Virus record (IMG/VR): IMGVR_UViG_3300021387_000147
DNA length: 64,000 bases
DNA from: a virus
Taxonomy: Duplodnaviria; Caudoviricetes
Reading direction: 5' to 3' (one strand)
Shown here: one piece after another, positions 17,223 through 27,543 of the stretch
How positions within the stretch are numbered: the first letter of the stretch is position 1
Layout: each line of letters opens with the position of its first letter
Position numbers and translations under genes: made by a program
Notes under the pieces: model-generated
Database searches by the model: none
What the model was told of the DNA's origin: nothing
What the model saw: the letters and a program-made list of their open reading frames with translations, nothing else

Positions 17223-18563
17223 TTAAACCTCTATATTATTTAATTTTAAATAGAAATGCTTACCTGGAGTTTCTACTGATTTATTTGCAAAGTTAGAATC
17301 TACTGTATAATTTACATTCAAATCTTCAAAATCTTTATTCCACCAATCAGGATAATTTATATAATCGTTAATCTGTGCTTGTGACATATACCATTGTCCT
17401 ACTCTATCCCAGTTATTATTATGATATACAACAAATTCATAATCATACTGGCCACGACCGTTGGGCAACACAGATCCATCTATGTAATATAAGCCTTTAT
17501 CTTGTGGATTTGATGGTAAAGTAGTTAATGCTATTGGTTCATTATTTGTATCAACATCTATATACGATGTATAATCTTTTGCCATTTCAGCGATATTTCC
17601 GTCATAGTCACCTCCATTTGTTAACTGACCATTTTGTAAGATAGTAGTATATTTTTTAATGTTTCCAAATAGTTTTGCTGCTTTATAATGGTCATTGCCT
17701 GAAGTTATACTTACAGTAGTTACATTATTATATGTTTTACTTTTTCTTTTATAAAAATGATTTTGAACTAATCTAGGATCCCAACCAGGAGCATCATTAT
17801 ATCCAAGATACATAAAGCTATCATTTATATTTAATGATAAAAGATAAACTTTATCATCTTTTGTAGGATGTCTGTTCTGAAATAACCCGCCTAAGAAATT
17901 TCCTAATACACTTAAATCACCTACATTAATTTGTGTAGCTGCAGTTGTATTAGAATATAATTTATAATTTCCATCAGTATCTCCTTGGAAATATGCTGGA
18001 TAAAAGGCTTCATTTGTATCACCTTGATATACAAAATAATACTTATGACCTTTATAAAGTGTTATATTTAAACCATTTACTGAGCGTGTTCTACCTGTCA
18101 TTTCATATTTTTCTGTCTCACTTCCTCTATTATCACCATCAATAGCAGCAATAAATACACCACTTTCATGTAGTATTTTTATTTTAGCGCTAGATGTAGA
18201 TGAACTATCTGTAAAAATCTCAATAGAGTTTATGACCAAATCTTCAGTAGCATCAGTCATATCATACTCAATAGCAACATTCTGAGTACCAGCAACCAAT
18301 TTTTTCTGAGATGGAGGTTCTTCCCAATATCTTTCCCAAACATCATATTTACCAGAAGTAAGTTCTGCTAACTGTGCTTCTGTTGTAGATAATGAACTTA
18401 TATAAGATGCATCAGCTGGTGTTAAGAAATATACCTTCTTTATTTCTTGTAAATTACTTTGAACACCATCTGATGAATATACTATTCTATAAGTATCTTG
18501 ATTAGGATTTCCACCTGCATTTGGGAAATGTAAACCTATTTTGCCTTTTATTTTCCAAGTCAT
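17223..18563 (-). CDS. Putative fibre/receptor-binding protein
   Basis: 446 aa, Asn/Tyr/Thr-rich, follows collagen gene in late operon. Confidence 0.5.
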   Translation of the reverse strand: MTWKIKGKIGLHFPNAGGNPNQDTYRIVYSSDGVQSNLQEIKKVYFLTPADASYISSLSTTEAQLAELTSGKYDVWERYWEEPPSQKKLVAGTQNVAIEYDMTDATEDLVINSIEIFTDSSSTSSAKIKILHESGVFIAAIDGDNRGSETEKYEMTGRTRSVNGLNITLYKGHKYYFVYQGDTNEAFYPAYFQGDTDGNYKLYSNTTAATQINVGDLSVLGNFLGGLFQNRHPTKDDKVYLLSLNINDSFMYLGYNDAPGWDPRLVQNHFYKRKSKTYNNVTTVSITSGNDHYKAAKLFGNIKKYTTILQNGQLTNGGDYDGNIAEMAKDYTSYIDVDTNNEPIALTTLPSNPQDKGLYYIDGSVLPNGRGQYDYEFVVYHNNNWDRVGQWYMSQAQINDYINYPDWWNKDFEDLNVNYTVDSNFANKSVETPGKHFYLKLNNIEV

Positions 18564-18564
18564 A

Positions 18565-20493
18565 TTATTGATGTCCGCTAACTACAAAAAATAATGAACC
18601 TTTACCATCACATGCACCGCCATTAACTAAGTTAGTTATTTCAGTATCACCATTAACTACAAATAATTGTTGTGCATTCCAACCAGTATGACCTTCTTTA
18701 TAATTTACAGCTGATATTGCAGAACTATTATTACCATCTGTATACTTTATCAAATTTGTATTTGCATTTATTTCTAATTGTGATTTATTTACAAAATTCT
18801 GTTGATTAACCCAAGATTCTGCTTGATTCAAAGCATTAGCACTAGCATCATTAGCGTAGGTCTTAGTAGCATATTCAGCAGGAACAGCAGTTAGGTAATG
18901 TTTGTTTTCAACCCATGTCTCAGCTTCACTTAAAGCATTAGCACTTGCTGCTTCAACATCAGTTTTTAAAGCATAAGTATTAGGAATAGAAGTTAAATAA
19001 CCTTGTTGTCCTACCCATGTCTGAGCTTGACTTAATGCAGCCGCACTAGCTTCATTTGCATATGTTTTTGTTGCATAGTCAGTTAAATCTGTATTCTTTA
19101 AAAATCCTTGTTCTCCAACCCAATCATGTGTAGCAATTACTTCAGTATTAACACCATAAGGTGAATTTTGAGTACCTTCACCACTAATTGTATTTGGTGT
19201 ATCAAAAACATAACTTGCACCAGTTCCATCAATACCATTTCTTACATCAAATGTTAATGGATGTTCTGCATCATGTGTAGCATCAGTAATTATTACTGTT
19301 GTTCCACCTGGAGTTCCAGGAATTGCTGAATATGAAATAGATGGAGAAACACCATTTGAACCAGGTTCACCTGATACACCACTCATAACATCAATTGATT
19401 CTGTAGAAGGAGTTCCACCATCATCATAAGTAAATGTGACTCTATTACCGCCAGGAATTGCAGATGTTGAAACAGTTGGTGAAATACCATCTTTACCATT
19501 ATCACCATCTAATACAGTAAATGAATCTGTATGTGTTGCATCTGTAATTGATACTGTATGTTGACCTGTGACTGTGTCATCAATTGTTATAATTGGTGAG
19601 AAACCACTTGCACCAGTATCACCTTTAGTGCCGGCATCACCCTTATCACCTTTATCACCTTTTTCACCAGATACACCTTGAGGACCTATTGGGCCTTGTG
19701 GACCAGTTGGACCTTGTGGACCAGTTGGACCTTGTGGACCTCTAGGACCTTCAGGACCTACAGAACCTGCAATACTACTAATATAGATATTATTTAATTT
19801 ATATCTACCTTGTGCTGATTCACCCTTAACTAAGAATTTTAAAGTAGTAGGTACTTCTTTTAAATTAATAATACCAGTTATCCATTCTGACTGCACATCT
19901 ATTTTCTGTGGATTACTTGTAGTATCTTTAATTAAACTATCATCAAATAAAATAAATGTTTGATATAAAGCATCATCAATACTTGTGCTTTTTGAAATAG
20001 CAATATCTAATTTGTTATTGATACTACTCTGTGTAGGTTCATATAATACTTCAATTTTAACATCATAGATACCAGCTGGAATAGTAAGACTCTCAGATAA
20101 TGCGCCAGCTTCATGATTAAAATCAGCTGCAGTTTCTGTATATGTAGCTAATACAGAATCATACTCATTCTGTTTAAATAATGACCATAAAGAATCATCA
20201 CTTGTACTAGATGATTCTATTGGCTGATATGTAACATTAAGACTACCATCAGCATTTTGTTCAATAGTTTGAATAGTCTGGTTTGGTTCACATGACCATG
20301 CAGATGGAGTAATTTCTGGAGTAAAATGTTCCATTGCGGCAGAAACACTTTCAATTGCTTCTGCCAATGTTTTATCATTTTCATTAAATTTCTGTACTGT
20401 ATTTGAATTTAGCCAATTACCATCAGCTACAGTATTTCTACTCCATTGTTTACCAGCATTACTTACAATTTTTCCTACTAAACTTTCAGCCAT
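18565..20493 (-). CDS. Collagen-like tail fibre protein
   Basis: Gly-X-Y run ([12 protein letters not shown]...GDKGDK), three G-x-SP repeats and three ~35-aa YA.KT...AS..AL..A..WV repeats. Confidence 0.85.
   Translation of the reverse strand: MAESLVGKIVSNAGKQWSRNTVADGNWLNSNTVQKFNENDKTLAEAIESVSAAMEHFTPEITPSAWSCEPNQTIQTIEQNADGSLNVTYQPIESSSTSDDSLWSLFKQNEYDSVLATYTETAADFNHEAGALSESLTIPAGIYDVKIEVLYEPTQSSINNKLDIAISKSTSIDDALYQTFILFDDSLIKDTTSNPQKIDVQSEWITGIINLKEVPTTLKFLVKGESAQGRYKLNNIYISSIAGSVGPEGPRGPQGPTGPQGPTGPQGPIGPQGVSGEKGDKGDKGDAGTKGDTGASGFSPIITIDDTVTGQHTVSITDATHTDSFTVLDGDNGKDGISPTVSTSAIPGGNRVTFTYDDGGTPSTESIDVMSGVSGEPGSNGVSPSISYSAIPGTPGGTTVIITDATHDAEHPLTFDVRNGIDGTGASYVFDTPNTISGEGTQNSPYGVNTEVIATHDWVGEQGFLKNTDLTDYATKTYANEASAAALSQAQTWVGQQGYLTSIPNTYALKTDVEAASANALSEAETWVENKHYLTAVPAEYATKTYANDASANALNQAESWVNQQNFVNKSQLEINANTNLIKYTDGNNSSAISAVNYKEGHTGWNAQQLFVVNGDTEITNLVNGGACDGKGSLFFVVSGHQ
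19611..19770 (-). repeat. Collagen-coding tandem repeats
   Basis: 18-bp unit ccttgtggaccagttgga twice in tandem and 9-bp GDK units. Confidence 0.8.
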
Positions 20494-20540
20494 TATATTA
20501 CCTCTTATTCTTATTTATAATAAGAAAATGGACAGAAGAT

Positions 20541-21137
20541 TTACTTCTGCCCATAGATTTTACTTAATGGAAATTCATAATTCATCAAAGTTAAATGATA
20601 TTTTATGTCTTCACATTTTACTTTGTCTTGTTTAAGTATATCATTTAAATATCGGTCATCTTCAACTAAATCAATCATCTCTTTCGGTGTCAATTCAAAG
20701 ATATTAGTTTCTTTAAAGTATGTAGGATGATATATTGCTGCAAATCCATGAATCCAATTACCACAAATTCCAGGATTTATTATTTTACCAAAGTTATTTT
20801 CTGCATCATTTACGATTGTTTCTATATAGGTATTATCGTAAACAACGTCATCATCTATTGTTAATATCCAACAATCTTCATCTTTATGTCTTGATAAAAC
20901 AGGTATAAGTTTTTTAAAGGCTTTTGTATTTTCTTTTACCCATATTATCTCAAAGTTTAAAATAGTTTCTAATTCCTTAAGAGATTCTGGTATTTCCTTA
21001 TTTGGAAATTCATCAGTTGATAAAGTTAAATAAATTTTATCTGGTTGTAAAGTTTGTTCTGTTAGATAAAATAAAGTATCACAAACGTGGTGTATTCTTT
21101 TACTCCATGATGTAAAACTTACATATATCTTTCTCAT
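20541..21137 (-). CDS. Glycosyltransferase (GT-A fold)
   Basis: VSFTSWSKRI...QPDKIYLTL...KKLIP...ILTIDDDVVY. Confidence 0.8.
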   Translation of the reverse strand: MRKIYVSFTSWSKRIHHVCDTLFYLTEQTLQPDKIYLTLSTDEFPNKEIPESLKELETILNFEIIWVKENTKAFKKLIPVLSRHKDEDCWILTIDDDVVYDNTYIETIVNDAENNFGKIINPGICGNWIHGFAAIYHPTYFKETNIFELTPKEMIDLVEDDRYLNDILKQDKVKCEDIKYHLTLMNYEFPLSKIYGQK

Positions 21138-21877
21138 AGTTTCTTTGTATACTTTAAATTATGTTCAGGTTTTACTTGCTCATAAGTTGTTGGTGTTATA
21201 TGGTCAGGTGTTAACATTCCCATCTTTCTTTCCATTTCTTTTTTAGATTTTCTCCAATAATGAACGAGTTTAATATCATCATTAGATGGATCTCTTACCT
21301 TAAATGGTTCTTCTGGATTTACCATCAAACCATCTACTGTATTTACCGCACAACTCCAAGTCATAAACGTATGAGGATTCCATTTAAATCCACCTACTTG
21401 TCCTTTTCTTACAAAAGACTTATAGTGAGTTAAGTATTCTCCTTCTGGAGTATATCTAAATGATTGTGACATTGATTGAGTTCTATCTTCTATTTCACAA
21501 CCATCTTTATATGAAGCAAATTGCCAATATACACCAAATACTTTCACATCATTATCTAAAGATGATAAGAATTCATTTATATTCTTCCATTTAGATTTGT
21601 TGATGCGTAAGTATTCGTCATCATCACAAAAGAATATCCAATCATATTCTGTATTTCTTGAATAATGATTGTCATATATCTGTAATTGATTTGGAAATCC
21701 TTTTACTAGATACATAGATACATTCTTATAATTCTCATCTGTCATTTCATATACAGGTTCATAATCATTTAAATACAAAGTAATATGATCGAAACCTAAT
21801 TTTTGATAATGATGAATTAAATCAAGAGTATCTTCTTGACGATATGCTTTTGTTAAAATGACGACTTCACTTTTCAT
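21134..21877 (-). CDS. Glycosyltransferase (GT2/GT92-like)
   Basis: HHYQKLGFDHITLYLN...YDWIFFCDDDEYL...KSFVR...LVHYWRKS. Confidence 0.8.
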   Translation of the reverse strand: MKSEVVILTKAYRQEDTLDLIHHYQKLGFDHITLYLNDYEPVYEMTDENYKNVSMYLVKGFPNQLQIYDNHYSRNTEYDWIFFCDDDEYLRINKSKWKNINEFLSSLDNDVKVFGVYWQFASYKDGCEIEDRTQSMSQSFRYTPEGEYLTHYKSFVRKGQVGGFKWNPHTFMTWSCAVNTVDGLMVNPEEPFKVRDPSNDDIKLVHYWRKSKKEMERKMGMLTPDHITPTTYEQVKPEHNLKYTKKL

Positions 21878-22623
21878 TAGGCCAATTTCTTCAATACTTC
21901 TTCACTCGTAAATAGTTGTTGCTTAACGTTCTCAAATTCTGCATCTTTCTGAAGACCTAATCTAATAAATCCTTGATGACCATGTTCCATGTACCAAGAA
22001 CTACCTTCCTTATGCCAATATGGGAAACGTTCACCTATATCTCCTACAGAACCACGATAACCAATTACATCTTCATACATTGTAGAACCTACATCGTAAT
22101 AAATGAATCGAGGATCGCGAACACTTGCTAACTGCTTAAAGTCATAGAATGACATTGAGTTAGTCATTTGGACACGTTTAAAATCTGTAAATGGGATATT
22201 ATGCTTCTTCAAAAATTCTACATTCATGAAACAATACCAAGGATGAACTCTCTTATGAAGACGATAACCACCACGGTCACCACAAATATCTCCAAATAAA
22301 TCATATCCCTTATTCTTTACATGTTGCAAAATTTCATGTGGATCTGCCAAACAAATACAGTCACTATCCAATAATAAAGCATACTTTGTCTTTACTTCTT
22401 GTAGTGCCTTATTTACTGTATCTGCATGACCACCACCTGGATTGTCAATAAACTTAATTCCATACTTATTCAATAAGTTTCTATTTTCTGAATAATAAGC
22501 TGGAGAATTTTCATAAATCAACAATTCATCTTTAGTAACTCCAAACTGTGCAAGTTGATGCAAGCATAGAGTCAATTCTTTTGTTGCTTTATAAGCACAA
22601 ATTATAATTGTTAAATCTGACAT
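21877..22623 (-). CDS. Glycosyltransferase (GT2-like)
   Basis: LTIIICAYK...LLIYENS...KTKYALLLDSDC. Confidence 0.8.
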   Translation of the reverse strand: MSDLTIIICAYKATKELTLCLHQLAQFGVTKDELLIYENSPAYYSENRNLLNKYGIKFIDNPGGGHADTVNKALQEVKTKYALLLDSDCICLADPHEILQHVKNKGYDLFGDICGDRGGYRLHKRVHPWYCFMNVEFLKKHNIPFTDFKRVQMTNSMSFYDFKQLASVRDPRFIYYDVGSTMYEDVIGYRGSVGDIGERFPYWHKEGSSWYMEHGHQGFIRLGLQKDAEFENVKQQLFTSEEVLKKLA

Positions 22624-22630
22624 TTATACC

Positions 22631-23173
22631 TTACTTCAATTCAACTTCGTAATCGCCAATCTTAAAATCAACAACTACATTCAACTTTTGTGTATCTGTC
22701 ATACTCAAACACAAATCATTCAATTTATCAATTGTGCAATTCTTGAAATGATAAATCATTGTTGACTTCTTACCACCAGTTAGAGTAACATCAAAATCAA
22801 AAGAAATTTTATAATCTTCCTTATTCTGTTTCCATAGAGTCTTATGGAAGAAGTAATACAAATCATATTCTTCACACTTAAAAATCATCTCAAGTGTCTT
22901 TGTATTAAGATCCTTAAAGATTAAATCTTCTTTTTCATTAGCTTCTTCTGTTTTCCATGCTGTTTCTGTTAGAAGACGTTTACTTAGAGGTTTCTTTGCA
23001 ACCTGGAATTTATCGACAAAAATTGTAGAAATATGCTTCTCCATATTTTCTTCAACATTTCCAGGAACAACATTAGAAACCTTAACGTTTAACTTAAACT
23101 GATTTACTGTTGGATATACTGGCTGTTCTTTCTTACCAGTTTCAAATACACTATTATCTACTTCTTGTATCAT
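22631..23173 (-). CDS. Tail-tube-fold (gp19-like) paralogue
   Basis: C-terminal YHFKNC...L..L....D.....VDFK..DYE pattern parallels 35116 and 44095 proteins. Confidence 0.5.
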   Translation of the reverse strand: MIQEVDNSVFETGKKEQPVYPTVNQFKLNVKVSNVVPGNVEENMEKHISTIFVDKFQVAKKPLSKRLLTETAWKTEEANEKEDLIFKDLNTKTLEMIFKCEEYDLYYFFHKTLWKQNKEDYKISFDFDVTLTGGKKSTMIYHFKNCTIDKLNDLCLSMTDTQKLNVVVDFKIGDYEVELK

Positions 23174-23243
23174 ATTTCACCTCACTAATCTTAAATATAA
23201 AAAATATTGCAATTTTGTTATTGCAATATTATATATTTTCATT

Positions 23244-23372
23244 CTAATTTTTCTTTTCTTTTTTGTCAGGCTTTTTGTCGAGCTTTTCTATAATCTCCAT
23301 AAGAATCTCCTGTGTCTTAGCGAGATTAACTTCATCTGACTTCTTTTTCTTTTTATTTTCATTCTTATCCAT
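23244..23372 (-). CDS. Small Lys-rich hypothetical protein (42 aa)
   Basis: Below cutoff; GGAGG RBS, MDKNENKKKKKSDEVNL... Confidence 0.45.
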   Translation of the reverse strand: MDKNENKKKKKSDEVNLAKTQEILMEIIEKLDKKPDKKEKKN

Positions 23373-23401
23373 AAACACCCTCCAAAAAAACCTATACAAA
23401 A

Positions 23402-23962
23402 TTATTCTACTGTTTCAGTTGCTTCAACCACCTTTTTCTTCTTTGACTTTTTCTTTGGTTTAGTTTCAACAATCTGGATTTCTTCACTGTTTTCACTTGT
23501 GGTGTCTGCTTCACTAATAACTTCATCCTTTACCTCTTCAACTGGTTCAGTTTCACCTTCAGTCTCCCATCCTACAAATACTGGTTCATCGACATCAACT
23601 TCAGACGCTGTTGTTTCTGTCTGTTCAGCTGCAGCCTTCATTGCTGCTTCCTTAGCTTCACGTTCAGCTTTTAAACGTCTCTGTTCAGCTATAAATGCTT
23701 CATATTCTTTTTCAAATTCATCTAACTTTGGTTGTGGTGCAATAGCAGGTGCTGATGCTTTATGATTATGAATTGCTTGCAACATTCTTTCTCTTTCATT
23801 TGAACGTTGTGCCTGCTGGTTTCTTAGTGCCTCTCTACGTCTAATTATATCGGCAAGTATTTTATTTGACATTTGATCTCCTTGTTTTAAATTCTCTATT
23901 TCTTTTTCTGCAATTTCTTTAAAGATAATCTTTGATTTTGTTTTTGAAATGTATTTTGACAT
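23402..23962 (-). CDS. Low-complexity charged hypothetical protein
   Basis: Coiled-coil N-half, acidic C-half; alternative start MSNKIL with AGGAG. Confidence 0.65.
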   Translation of the reverse strand: MSKYISKTKSKIIFKEIAEKEIENLKQGDQMSNKILADIIRRREALRNQQAQRSNERERMLQAIHNHKASAPAIAPQPKLDEFEKEYEAFIAEQRRLKAEREAKEAAMKAAAEQTETTASEVDVDEPVFVGWETEGETEPVEEVKDEVISEADTTSENSEEIQIVETKPKKKSKKKKVVEATETVE

Positions 23963-24328
23963 TTATACCTCACAATGATCGATCATCGTTTCAGGAACAT
24001 TCAATATTGTATATCCAACTGGATCTTTTGCTCGTGTAGATATAATTCGTAAATTAAATAATCTTACACCTTGAATTGGATCTGCTTCTGAAACTACTTC
24101 GTAAACACATGTATCTCCTGGTGTTGTTGAATGAACATGCATACCAGGATATAGTTCACAATATTTCTTTTCTACAGCTCCTACTTCATTACCGGTTGGC
24201 TTATATTCCTTTGCTTCTTTTACGGCCGCATTCAACTTATAGGCTACCCAATCTGGGCAACCTTTTGTTTGAACTACAGCTTTCATAGCATGTAATAAAA
24301 TATTGAGTTGTTCTCTATACACTTCCAT
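23963..24328 (-). CDS. Hypothetical protein
   Basis: 121 aa ORF in packed operon. Confidence 0.65.
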   Translation of the reverse strand: MEVYREQLNILLHAMKAVVQTKGCPDWVAYKLNAAVKEAKEYKPTGNEVGAVEKKYCELYPGMHVHSTTPGDTCVYEVVSEADPIQGVRLFNLRIISTRAKDPVGYTILNVPETMIDHCEV

Positions 24329-24488
24329 TTGCTTTTTCCTTAGCCTTCTTCATTAGCTTTTTTATTGCTTCTTCCGATGGCTTTTCCTCTTTATTTATAT
24401 TTTCTTGAGGCTTTTCTTCAACTTTTGGAAGCTGAACTTTTTTAATGACTCTTTTGTAAGCCTTATTATTTCCAATCCACTTTGCCAT
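24315..24488 (-). CDS. Small basic hypothetical protein (57 aa)
   Basis: Below cutoff; MAKWIGNNKAYKRVIKKVQLP... fills the gap between neighbours. Confidence 0.5.
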   Translation of the reverse strand: MAKWIGNNKAYKRVIKKVQLPKVEEKPQENINKEEKPSEEAIKKLMKKAKEKANGSV

Positions 24489-24491
24489 AAA

Positions 24492-25310
24492 CTATCCATT
24501 TAAAAAGTTATATAATTCTCTAGGTACTGCTTGTCTAATTCTTTCTTTATCATAATCAGATAACTGCTTAAAGTCTTGCTTTGCAAAACCTTTAAAAGCC
24601 ATATCATCCATTAAACACTTACATATATATGACTTAGGCATAGCATGTAAATTCAATAGCAAACCTTCATTTCTATCTGGTCTTAATGAATGAACATCCT
24701 TTCCTGTAAATAAAGGAATTAACTGCAATAACCAACGACCATCTTCCCATCCAGCTTCAGAACAGAAATCCCACCAAATTTCATCAGAGAATTCTACGTG
24801 AGGACTTTCAACTAAATAAGATTCTTTTACAACTGGATGAATTAATCTTGGACCTGAATTTTTCTTTGCATTCTTTTCATATTCTTTTGGATCATATTCT
24901 TGACCCTTAGAATCTCCTCTATCACGAGATGCGTTTTGAATTACATACTTTTCTTTATCTCTATCTTTATAATGTAAATCACGAACTTCAGCTCCACGCT
25001 TCTTAATAAGATTTAATTTAGACTTCCATTTAATTAAACCACCCATTTTTCTAGCTAAACTTCTTCTACGACGTTCACCAGCAGTAATCTTCTTTAATTC
25101 CTTAACATTACCTGTTTTAGGGTCAATTACTACTCGATAATTTGGGTCTGATGAAATCCATTTAGCTTTCTTCACAGATGGACCATAAGGGTGACCATTC
25201 TTGTCACGCTTTCTTTGATAGACCCAACGTTTATGCACAGTAGCTTCATCTACTTCATCTGTGCACAAATCTGCAATATCTTCTAAATAGTCATCTAAAT
25301 AATTATCCAT
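24492..25310 (-). CDS. Probable prohead core protein (gp68-like N-half)
   Basis: Acidic leader ending VDE then very basic ...KKITAGERRRRSLARK; internal VKE/LVE sites; late box. Confidence 0.5.
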   Translation of the reverse strand: MDNYLDDYLEDIADLCTDEVDEATVHKRWVYQRKRDKNGHPYGPSVKKAKWISSDPNYRVVIDPKTGNVKELKKITAGERRRRSLARKMGGLIKWKSKLNLIKKRGAEVRDLHYKDRDKEKYVIQNASRDRGDSKGQEYDPKEYEKNAKKNSGPRLIHPVVKESYLVESPHVEFSDEIWWDFCSEAGWEDGRWLLQLIPLFTGKDVHSLRPDRNEGLLLNLHAMPKSYICKCLMDDMAFKGFAKQDFKQLSDYDKERIRQAVPRELYNFLNG

Positions 25311-25349
25311 ATATTATTTATTATAAATATAATATAAAGGAGTAAATTC

Positions 25350-25871
25350 ATGAAATCATTAGTTATTAAATATAAATCAAAAAAGAAAGGTAAAGTTGTC
25401 ACAAAATGGGGAGTTTTGGATCCTCAGAATCCTGGCAAAATTTTACGTTCTTATGATAAGAAGGAAGATGCTGATAAATCAGCTAAGGTCACTAATGTAG
25501 GTAAAGCAACCGATACTCGTTCAATGCATGCAGGTTCCTATAATAACATTATGAAGAAACCTCTAAATGAAGAAATGGGTGAAGGTAAAACTACATGGAA
25601 TGCAAATGAATGGAAACCTAATTTTGAATACTTAGCAGGCAGAGCATCTGAAGCCGCTTCTGAATGGCTAGATGATAATGATGATGCAAATGCTGAAGAA
25701 TTAGGTCATTACATTGCAGATTTTGTTGTTGAACATCAAGACACTGTCTTAAAAGAATTTGGTAAAGCAGTCATATTTGAAATTCTAAATAACTGGTATA
25801 CCGGAGACGATGATGACGTCCATGAATTAGCTGACAGTGTAGATGCTTATGTTGATGATAATTTAGCTTAA
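25350..25871 (+). CDS. Hypothetical late protein, possible head core component
   Basis: Basic N-half, LNE site, acidic C-half; TATAAATA upstream. Confidence 0.6.
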   Translation: MKSLVIKYKSKKKGKVVTKWGVLDPQNPGKILRSYDKKEDADKSAKVTNVGKATDTRSMHAGSYNNIMKKPLNEEMGEGKTTWNANEWKPNFEYLAGRASEAASEWLDDNDDANAEELGHYIADFVVEHQDTVLKEFGKAVIFEILNNWYTGDDDDVHELADSVDAYVDDNLA

Positions 25872-25920
25872 ACAAATAACTAGAGTTTTCATGTTATAAA
25901 TAATTATAGAGGTAATTAAT

Positions 25921-26322
25921 ATGGCAGAAAAAGTACCAGGATTTGAAGAATTTATTAAAGGACTAAAGAAGTCTCTAAACGAAGAAGAAGAAACTACTGA
26001 AACAACTGATAACAAGGAAGATATGTCTGAACTTGACGCTGAAAAAGCTAAGACTTCCGTTCAGTCTATTGTTGATGCTTACATGAACAAGGACCCAAAG
26101 GATGGTCTTAAAGAACTAGGTGAAGATATTGGTAAAGCAATTGTCTACTTCGCTTGTAAAGAATATGTAACTTTCGATATGTTCAACTCTGATGTTGAAC
26201 AAAAGGCATACGAAAAAATCGTTAGAGACAAAATTGAAGAAGCATATAATAAGACTTTAGTGGAATTACTACGTAATATTGGTATTACACTAAAGAACGC
26301 TAAAAATACTTCTACAAACTAA
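25921..26322 (+). CDS. Hypothetical late protein, possible head core component
   Basis: FEEFIKGLKKSLNE leader; TATAAATA and GAGGT upstream. Confidence 0.6.
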   Translation: MAEKVPGFEEFIKGLKKSLNEEEETTETTDNKEDMSELDAEKAKTSVQSIVDAYMNKDPKDGLKELGEDIGKAIVYFACKEYVTFDMFNSDVEQKAYEKIVRDKIEEAYNKTLVELLRNIGITLKNAKNTSTN

Positions 26323-26356
26323 TTACAACCGGGGCAAAGGATTCGTGCAAGGTTGG

Positions 26357-26388
26357 GAATATGGAGGAACACTCCATATTCTTTTTTT
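26357..26388 (+). terminator. Rho-independent terminator
   Basis: GAATATGGAG-gaaca-CTCCATATTC-T7. Confidence 0.75.
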
Positions 26389-26399
26389 ATAAATATAGT

Positions 26400-26807
26400 A
26401 TGCTAACATTAGATAAAAACTCAGATTTTAAACGAATTGAAACTTCCAAGGTCCAATCCAATTATTATGATTTGGATGTTAATATAGTAGATACAGAAGT
26501 ATGGTCTTTTGATGCATTAGACCAAGCTATCGAAAATGTTCTATTAACAAATAAAGGCGAACGCATTTTCAATTATTCTTTTGGAACTCCTTTAATAGAA
26601 CTCTTATTTGAAAATGATGTAAATACAGATTATATCGTTGATAAAGCCTTGGATGTTATAGAAACATGGGTTCCAATAAAAATCATTAGAAGTAAAACAC
26701 AATTACAAAGAGATAAAGAAAACCATGCAATTTCATTCTTTATCTACTATAATTCTAATGACGGAATGATTAGAGACCACTGTTTTGCTAGACGCCTAAG
26801 AAAATAA
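26400..26807 (+). CDS. Baseplate wedge subunit (T4 gp25-like)
   Basis: QAIENVLLTNKGERIFNYSFGT...LLFE; true start MLTLDK at 26400 after terminator and late box. Confidence 0.85.
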   Translation: MLTLDKNSDFKRIETSKVQSNYYDLDVNIVDTEVWSFDALDQAIENVLLTNKGERIFNYSFGTPLIELLFENDVNTDYIVDKALDVIETWVPIKIIRSKTQLQRDKENHAISFFIYYNSNDGMIRDHCFARRLRK

Positions 26808-26884
26808 GAATCTTTTTACTAAGGTCCATTTTACAACTAAATGGATCTTTTTTATATTAACTGCAAAAATCGAGAGATTTATTT

Positions 26885-27420
26885 TATAAATAATAATAAA
26901 ATGGTAAAAGAGAATAGCATATAAATAGCAAATTTTTAGCAACTTTTCTTTTTTCGCAGATTTTTAAGCACATACATAAGCAAATTATCTCTTTTACCTT
27001 AGGTTGATGACTATACCATCTGTTATGTTATTTCAGAAAAATAGTTACCATAGAAGAGGTTTTTTGTAATACGAATCCTTACAAACTATTTTATAAAGTT
27101 TATTTTTATAAAGAGAAAAGGATCCTCGGCTCAACCCAATGAGTTTTAGGTGAAGTGGACCCCAGAAGAAATTCTGAATATAATAACACAAAAGAACAGC
27201 AAGTGTTCAGTGATAAAAGTTTAACGAGCTTTTTATACGCCGTCTTGAGTATTTTTGAATAGTTAAGTCCTTGTACAGGAAGACCACCAGGGTAAAGTCA
27301 AAATGTAAATCTCCTTATACGTGAGAGTCCGATATACTGAAAAGTATTATCCCCATGTTCTATAAGTCTAAAATAGGCTTATAGTTTCAAGGTCCTCTAC
27401 CTGAAAAAATAGTTATCCTA
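26885..27420 (+). ncRNA. Candidate long structured non-coding RNA (or origin transcript)
   Basis: No ORF of 60 aa or more in 26808-27543; TATAAATA at 26885; many stems including 26903-26913/26988-26998. Confidence 0.45.
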
Positions 27421-27447
27421 TAACATTTAATTCTATAATAATTAAAT

Positions 27448-27496
27448 ACATTGGATAACAGAGTTATCCAATGTGTCAATTCCTTAGGAATTGACA
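27448..27496. repeat. Two abutting perfect inverted repeats
   Basis: ACATTGGATAAC-aga-GTTATCCAATGT and TGTCAATTCC-tta-GGAATTGACA. Confidence 0.85.
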
Positions 27497-27543
27497 ATTT
27501 TACTATAATAAATATTCTATAAGAATTATTATATAGGGTTTAT

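Noticed and set aside
26326-26356. CAACC...GGTTG stem with GGGCAAA before a terminator, riboswitch-like
   Set aside because: Too short and lacks the remaining c-di-GMP-I consensus; the downstream gene has its own late box
26885-27420. Group I/II intron, RNase P or tmRNA identity for the non-coding region
   Set aside because: No convincing P7, domain V, P4 or tRNA-like consensus, and flanking genes are not split
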